Shown: piece by piece, positions 62,818 through 64,000 of the stretch | Numbering within the stretch: the first letter of the stretch is position 1 | Layout: each line of letters starts with the position of its first letter | Source: Alphaproteobacteria bacterium | GTDB lineage: Bacteria > Pseudomonadota > Alphaproteobacteria > JBBDQX01 | NCBI GenBank assembly: GCA_965601735.1 | Contig: OZ271840.1 | Coordinates: 1,348,473 to 1,412,472 of the forward strand | Direction of reading: 5' to 3' | DNA length: 64,000 bases | Made by a program: the position numbers and the translations under genes | Notes under the pieces: model-generated | The model's database searches: none | Told to the model about the DNA's origin: nothing | Seen by the model: only the letters and a program-made list of their open reading frames with translations

Positions 62818-63399
62818 ATGCCGCTGAGCACGTCGGCTGCCCGCGAGCAGCTCCATACCCGCCAGGTCGAATGCCGCGGCTTCCGCCGCGAAGACGGCCT
62901 GTTCGATATCGAGGGCCGGATTACCGACACCAAGAGCTATTCCTTCGAGAACCACGACCGCGGCACGGTGCCGGCTGGCGAGCCAGTGCACGACATGTGG
63001 ATCCGCCTGACCATCGACGAGGAGATGACCATCGAGGCGGTGGAGGCGGTAACCGACTACGGCCCCTACCGGATCTGCCCGGACGTCACGCCGAACTTCC
63101 AGCGTCTCGTCGGCCTGCGCATCGGGCCGGGCTTTCACAAGCGCGCGTTGGCCGCGGTCGGCGGCGTGCATGGCTGTACCCACATCGTCGACCTGCTGCG
63201 CCCGGTGGCGACCACCGCCTTCCAGACCATGGGCCCGGTGCGCCGCAAGCGCGCCGAGACGGCCGGCGACACGGGCAAGCCGCCGCCGCTGCTCAACACC
63301 TGCTACGCGTTTCGCAGCGACAGCCCGGTGGTGGAGCGGCGCTGGCCGGATTTCTTCACGGGGGATGCGGCAGACGACGCCGCGAAGGCCGGTGACTAG
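62818..63399 (+). CDS. DUF2889 domain protein
   Basis: ATG at 62818 (an alternative GTG at 62782 overlaps the corC end). No known catalytic motif. Confidence 0.6.
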   Translation: MPLSTSAAREQLHTRQVECRGFRREDGLFDIEGRITDTKSYSFENHDRGTVPAGEPVHDMWIRLTIDEEMTIEAVEAVTDYGPYRICPDVTPNFQRLVGLRIGPGFHKRALAAVGGVHGCTHIVDLLRPVATTAFQTMGPVRRKRAETAGDTGKPPPLLNTCYAFRSDSPVVERRWPDFFTGDAADDAAKAGD

Positions 63400-63692
63400 C
63401 CGGTGAGTACCGGCCCGTCGCCGTTGGCTTCCTCGGCGAGCGCGCCATGGCCCGCGCGACGGTGGCCCGCCCCGGTGGCCGCGACCCGGAAATAGGCCAG
63501 CGCGAAGACCCGCATCGCGGCGGTCAGGCTGGCGCCCCGGCGCTGGCCGTTGACCATGGTCGCCAGCTCGTGGATCGACAGGTTCTCGCGCATGCAGATT
63601 TCGTCGACTGCGTCCCACATGGGCCGCTCCAGCCGCAGGCTGGTGCGCTTCTCGCCGATGGTCACATTGCGCGTGTAATAAAGCTCCTGCAT
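63396..63692 (-). CDS. ribbon-helix-helix (RHH_4-like) predicted DNA-binding protein
   Basis: 98 aa. N-terminal beta-strand plus two helices (RTSLRLERPMWDAVDEICMRENLSIHELATMV) typical of RHH/CopG-like proteins. Confidence 0.55.
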   Translation of the reverse strand: MQELYYTRNVTIGEKRTSLRLERPMWDAVDEICMRENLSIHELATMVNGQRRGASLTAAMRVFALAYFRVAATGAGHRRAGHGALAEEANGDGPVLTG

Positions 63693-63824
63693 GACGCTGC
63701 AGTCCTACAACCTTGATTTTGTTATCTTTCGGCCCGATCCATGATGCTCACAACTTTGTGAGCTTACAACCATAAATCGCCGCAGTTCCGGGGCCGCTTG
63801 CGACATAGGTGTATATGTCGCCCT

Positions 63825-64000
63825 AAGATGCCATGGCCGCCTCTTCCGGGGTCAGGGTAGCGAGCGAGAGTGCGTGCAGCCCACCGGCGAATTCTGCATC
63901 CAGCGCGGCATAGACGGCGCGCTGCCGCGCCACCCGTGACTGACCGGCGAACGCCGCGGAAACCAGCCGCACCCGGTAATGGGTCTCGCCGCCCGGGGCG
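63825..64000 (-). CDS. hypothetical protein, C-terminal fragment (continues beyond window)
   Basis: Hand translation gives ...APGGETHYRVRLVSAAFAGQSRVARQRAVYAALDAEFAGGLHALSLATLTPEEAAMAS* in an open, high-GC3 frame ending at a TAG at about 63825. Confidence 0.35.

Overview
This is a 64 kb, ~68-70% GC stretch of chromosome with alphaproteobacterial (Rhodospirillales-like) gene content and codon usage. It carries about 65 tightly packed genes, one tRNA and no IS elements, integrases, CRISPR arrays or prophage genes, so it reads as core chromosome rather than an accessory island.

**Main gene blocks:**
- Cell division and lipid metabolism: a ChaC-like gene (partial), plsC, a YdcF/DUF218 gene, gmhB-like, ftsX and ftsE.
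- Two conserved alphaproteobacterial unknowns flank ftsE and lysA: an MJ0042 zinc-ribbon/DUF3426 gene and a TIGR02302/DUF4175 gene.
- A coupled argH, small lipoprotein, lysA operon with divergent tlpA.
- A response regulator, then hbd, etfA and etfB.
- MFS and MATE transporters.
- A divergent pair of MmgE/PrpD paralogs with a PaaI thioesterase and a DMT transporter.
- A TAXI-TRAP transporter with a class-IV aminotransferase, a lone hydantoinase-B-like gene and a GlcG-like gene under a divergent GntR regulator.
- A 2-hydroxyacid dehydrogenase.
- ecfA-ecfT (bioM/bioN) divergent from bioY, which is fused in an operon to an ANL ligase and a thiolase-like gene.
- A csoR and copA copper module extended by two c-type cytochromes and a His-rich periplasmic protein.
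- An HD hydrolase, an orphan CoxL-like Mo-hydroxylase large subunit and a second PaaI thioesterase.
- An opine dehydrogenase, gloA and DUF1194 operon, followed by tRNA-Leu(UAA).
- cinA-like, mutT, argJ, a PpiC-type isomerase, a hypothetical gene, secA, accA, xerD, a secreted repeat protein, aroK, aroB, a CorC-family gene, DUF2889 and an RHH gene.

**Recurring structural patterns:**
- Most adjacent same-strand genes overlap by 1-4 nt (ATGA, GTGA or TGATG junctions).
- Most convergent gene pairs abut or overlap.

**Most interesting loci:**
- The bioY-ligase-thiolase-like operon, where the thiolase-like protein has lost the second catalytic cysteine.
- The csoR/copA divergon, with a perfect 7-3-7 palindrome in a 38-bp intergenic region and a cytochrome plus His-rich accessory tail.
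- The divergent PrpD-family paralog pair.
- The orphan CoxL-like gene.
- The lone-HyuB, TRAP and aminotransferase module.
- Two unusually long intergenic regions (26497..26796 and 55416..55669) with palindromes, AT-rich islands and one SD-preceded micro-ORF.

The ORF track translates GTG and TTG starts as M. Several starts were re-placed by inspection and remain uncertain.
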